In this document: positions 62,157 through 64,000 of the stretch, one piece after another
Layout: each line of letters starts with the position of its first letter
How positions within the stretch are numbered: the first letter of the stretch is position 1
Virus record (IMG/VR): IMGVR_UViG_3300026560_000023
DNA length: 64,000 bases
Source of the DNA: a virus
Lineage: Duplodnaviria; Heunggongvirae; Uroviricota; Caudoviricetes
Direction: 5' to 3' (one strand)
Program-made: the position numbers and the translations under genes
Notes under the pieces: model-generated
Database searches by the model: none
Seen by the model: only the letters and a program-made list of their open reading frames with translations
Told to the model about the DNA's origin: nothing

Positions 62157-63988
62157 TGGCAGACGTTCGCGTAGAAAAGGCAAATGGAGATATAGAAACT
62201 CTTACTCACATTAAGAGTGAGATTATGCAAGACCTGAACAAACAGGACATTGCTACAATAACCGTTCCCCGAGACGATGTTAACAGCGTTGACCCGCAGG
62301 AAGGGGAAGATGAAATCTACATCATCAAGAATAATACCGATAGATTCGGAGGGTTAGTCAGAGACGTCAAGAGGGGAGGGAGCATCGTAGAAATCGTAGC
62401 TGACTCTTTCGAGAGATATGCAAGAGACGCTGAACCCACAGGTGCCGCAGAAGCATTTTCAAGAGCAGACTCAACGATTGTAGAGGATGCCATTTCCAGA
62501 GTTGACCAACTCACAGTAGGAAATATAGAAACTCTACAGAATGTAAATTATTCCTTCAATTACTCGAGTCCAGCAAATATGATTCGAGTAGTCAGAAATA
62601 TAACTGGAGGAGAGGTTCGCTATAACCCGGATAAAACCGTAGATTACATTAACGAGCAAGGGTCAACCAAAACTACAGTGCTATCTCCGGCGAACCAGAA
62701 CCTTACCCAAGTAGATATAGAGAGAACTGGAGGAGAAGAGAAAGCCACTCATCTACGTATGCTTGGTTCTGGAAAAGGACCGCAACAAACATCCATTGAC
62801 GTTGTCTCTGAATCCTACGAAGAAGGAGACAGAAAAATTTGGAAAACCATTACGAATAAAGCGATTAGTAGCCCTGTCACCTTAGAATCCCAAGGTAAAA
62901 CATATCTCCGGGAGATGGATGAACAGAAAATAACAATAAATGCTACGGTTCGTAATGTAGATATAGCCGTAGGAGACAAGTTTCATATAATCTACGATGC
63001 AGAAAATATAGATATTAATATTCGTTGTGTAGAAGTAAGAGAAGTAACAGATAGAAAAGGAGAAAGATACGAAGTCAAGTTTAGCAACCGAGAAGTAACG
63101 GATACTGCCAGGTCTCAACAAGTAAATGACAGCATACAACAGATAAGTCGAGGAGAACCTCCGCAGTCTGGAACTGCTACGTTCGACGACCCCAATGCTG
63201 CTCCCCAAACGATAGGAAACGTAATTTACATCAACGGAGCAGATTCAGACCCAAAAGGAATATACCATTATGATATAGATGAAAAGGGTTACATCCGAGG
63301 TACGAATGCGAGCCTATCGGACCTTTCAGAAAAGAATCTTGATGACCTTGACGGGAGAACCTTAAGTGCATTAACGGATGCTCCTCTCTCGGACCTCACA
63401 GCCTACGATATAGACAACAATGATTTGGAAGATGGAACGGTTGTAATATACGACGCTGCCAGCGAAGAAATCCCTCAGGATGTACAGGGAGGTCCAGCTG
63501 GAGAACTGTCCAGTCATCCTCTTACAAGGGGAACAGACTTCGAGGAGTTAGAAGTAGATATTGGATATGTCCAACCAAACACTGCTAATTCTGCTCCGTA
63601 TACAGAATCTATAACAACAGGATTTGAACCCCAGTACGTCGAGTTCATGGCAAACGTACATCAAGGCTCGTTTGGAGCTGCCTATGATAGCGGTGCTAAC
63701 ACGGGGAGTGGAGCTAATGCTATGGGGCTCGGGTTTGGGATGGCAACTGGCTCTGCGAACTCGGAGCAGCTTGTCAGCTCACTGTCTATGAACTCTGATG
63801 ACTCAAACGCCCATCGGTCCTTTGTATACGATGGATATGTCATCTATATTCCCTACCTCTCCTTCCACGGAGAAAATGTTGATGGGAGAGTCAGCGCGAC
63901 GATTCAGTCCTTCGACTCTGATGGATTCACGCTCGAGTGGGAGAATAATTATGACGACCCTCCAATCCTTTACAGGGCGTTTCGCTAA
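62156..63988 (+). CDS. Distal tail/baseplate-region protein
   Basis: 610-aa ORF whose ATG overlaps the TMP stop (TAATGG). Confidence 0.45.
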   Translation: MADVRVEKANGDIETLTHIKSEIMQDLNKQDIATITVPRDDVNSVDPQEGEDEIYIIKNNTDRFGGLVRDVKRGGSIVEIVADSFERYARDAEPTGAAEAFSRADSTIVEDAISRVDQLTVGNIETLQNVNYSFNYSSPANMIRVVRNITGGEVRYNPDKTVDYINEQGSTKTTVLSPANQNLTQVDIERTGGEEKATHLRMLGSGKGPQQTSIDVVSESYEEGDRKIWKTITNKAISSPVTLESQGKTYLREMDEQKITINATVRNVDIAVGDKFHIIYDAENIDINIRCVEVREVTDRKGERYEVKFSNREVTDTARSQQVNDSIQQISRGEPPQSGTATFDDPNAAPQTIGNVIYINGADSDPKGIYHYDIDEKGYIRGTNASLSDLSEKNLDDLDGRTLSALTDAPLSDLTAYDIDNNDLEDGTVVIYDAASEEIPQDVQGGPAGELSSHPLTRGTDFEELEVDIGYVQPNTANSAPYTESITTGFEPQYVEFMANVHQGSFGAAYDSGANTGSGANAMGLGFGMATGSANSEQLVSSLSMNSDDSNAHRSFVYDGYVIYIPYLSFHGENVDGRVSATIQSFDSDGFTLEWENNYDDPPILYRAFR

Positions 63989-64000
63989 GTCCTAACGCCG

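Overview
This window looks like part of a large tailed virus of halophilic archaea. The coding regions predict strongly acidic proteins and use archaeal-style promoters. I found no rRNA, no CRISPR array and no integrase or transposase.

Layout from left to right:
- 1-9900: a leftward (minus-strand) block. It encodes a partial metallophosphoesterase, an ATP-dependent DNA ligase, a CPBP/CAAX-type membrane protease, a SAM-methyltransferase-like protein, a GNAT acetyltransferase, a QueF-like preQ0 reductase and a possible GIY-YIG nuclease.
- 10100-21500: a dense tRNA island. I parsed 30 tRNA genes by hand, covering all 20 amino acids including an initiator tRNA-Met. They sit behind a conserved TATA-box promoter motif and are interleaved with small Zn-ribbon ORFs, thymidylate kinase, an RtcB RNA ligase and an Hjc-like nuclease.
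- 21500-34000: a rightward block of small early/middle genes. It includes an HTH protein, a MoxR/CobS-like AAA+ ATPase paired with a VWA/CobT-like protein, an SPFH/band-7 protein, an XPF/Hef-type ERCC4 nuclease and an Hjc Holliday-junction resolvase.
- 34000-64000: a virion morphogenesis module. It holds a portal-like giant protein, four very large acidic proteins that share a reiterated roughly 30-aa motif, a MuF-like head protein, a prohead protease fused to scaffold repeats, a major capsid protein candidate, tail components, a 1482-aa tape measure protein and a 610-aa distal tail protein.

The most unusual signals are:
- four stem-enclosed 43-46 nt elements lying between tRNA genes;
- a promoter-to-terminator unit (19681-19980) carrying a tRNA-like T-arm and acceptor pairing that does not fold as a normal tRNA;
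- fixed TATA-to-tRNA spacing that implies leaderless tRNA transcripts;
- the novel repeat motif shared by the giant head-module proteins.
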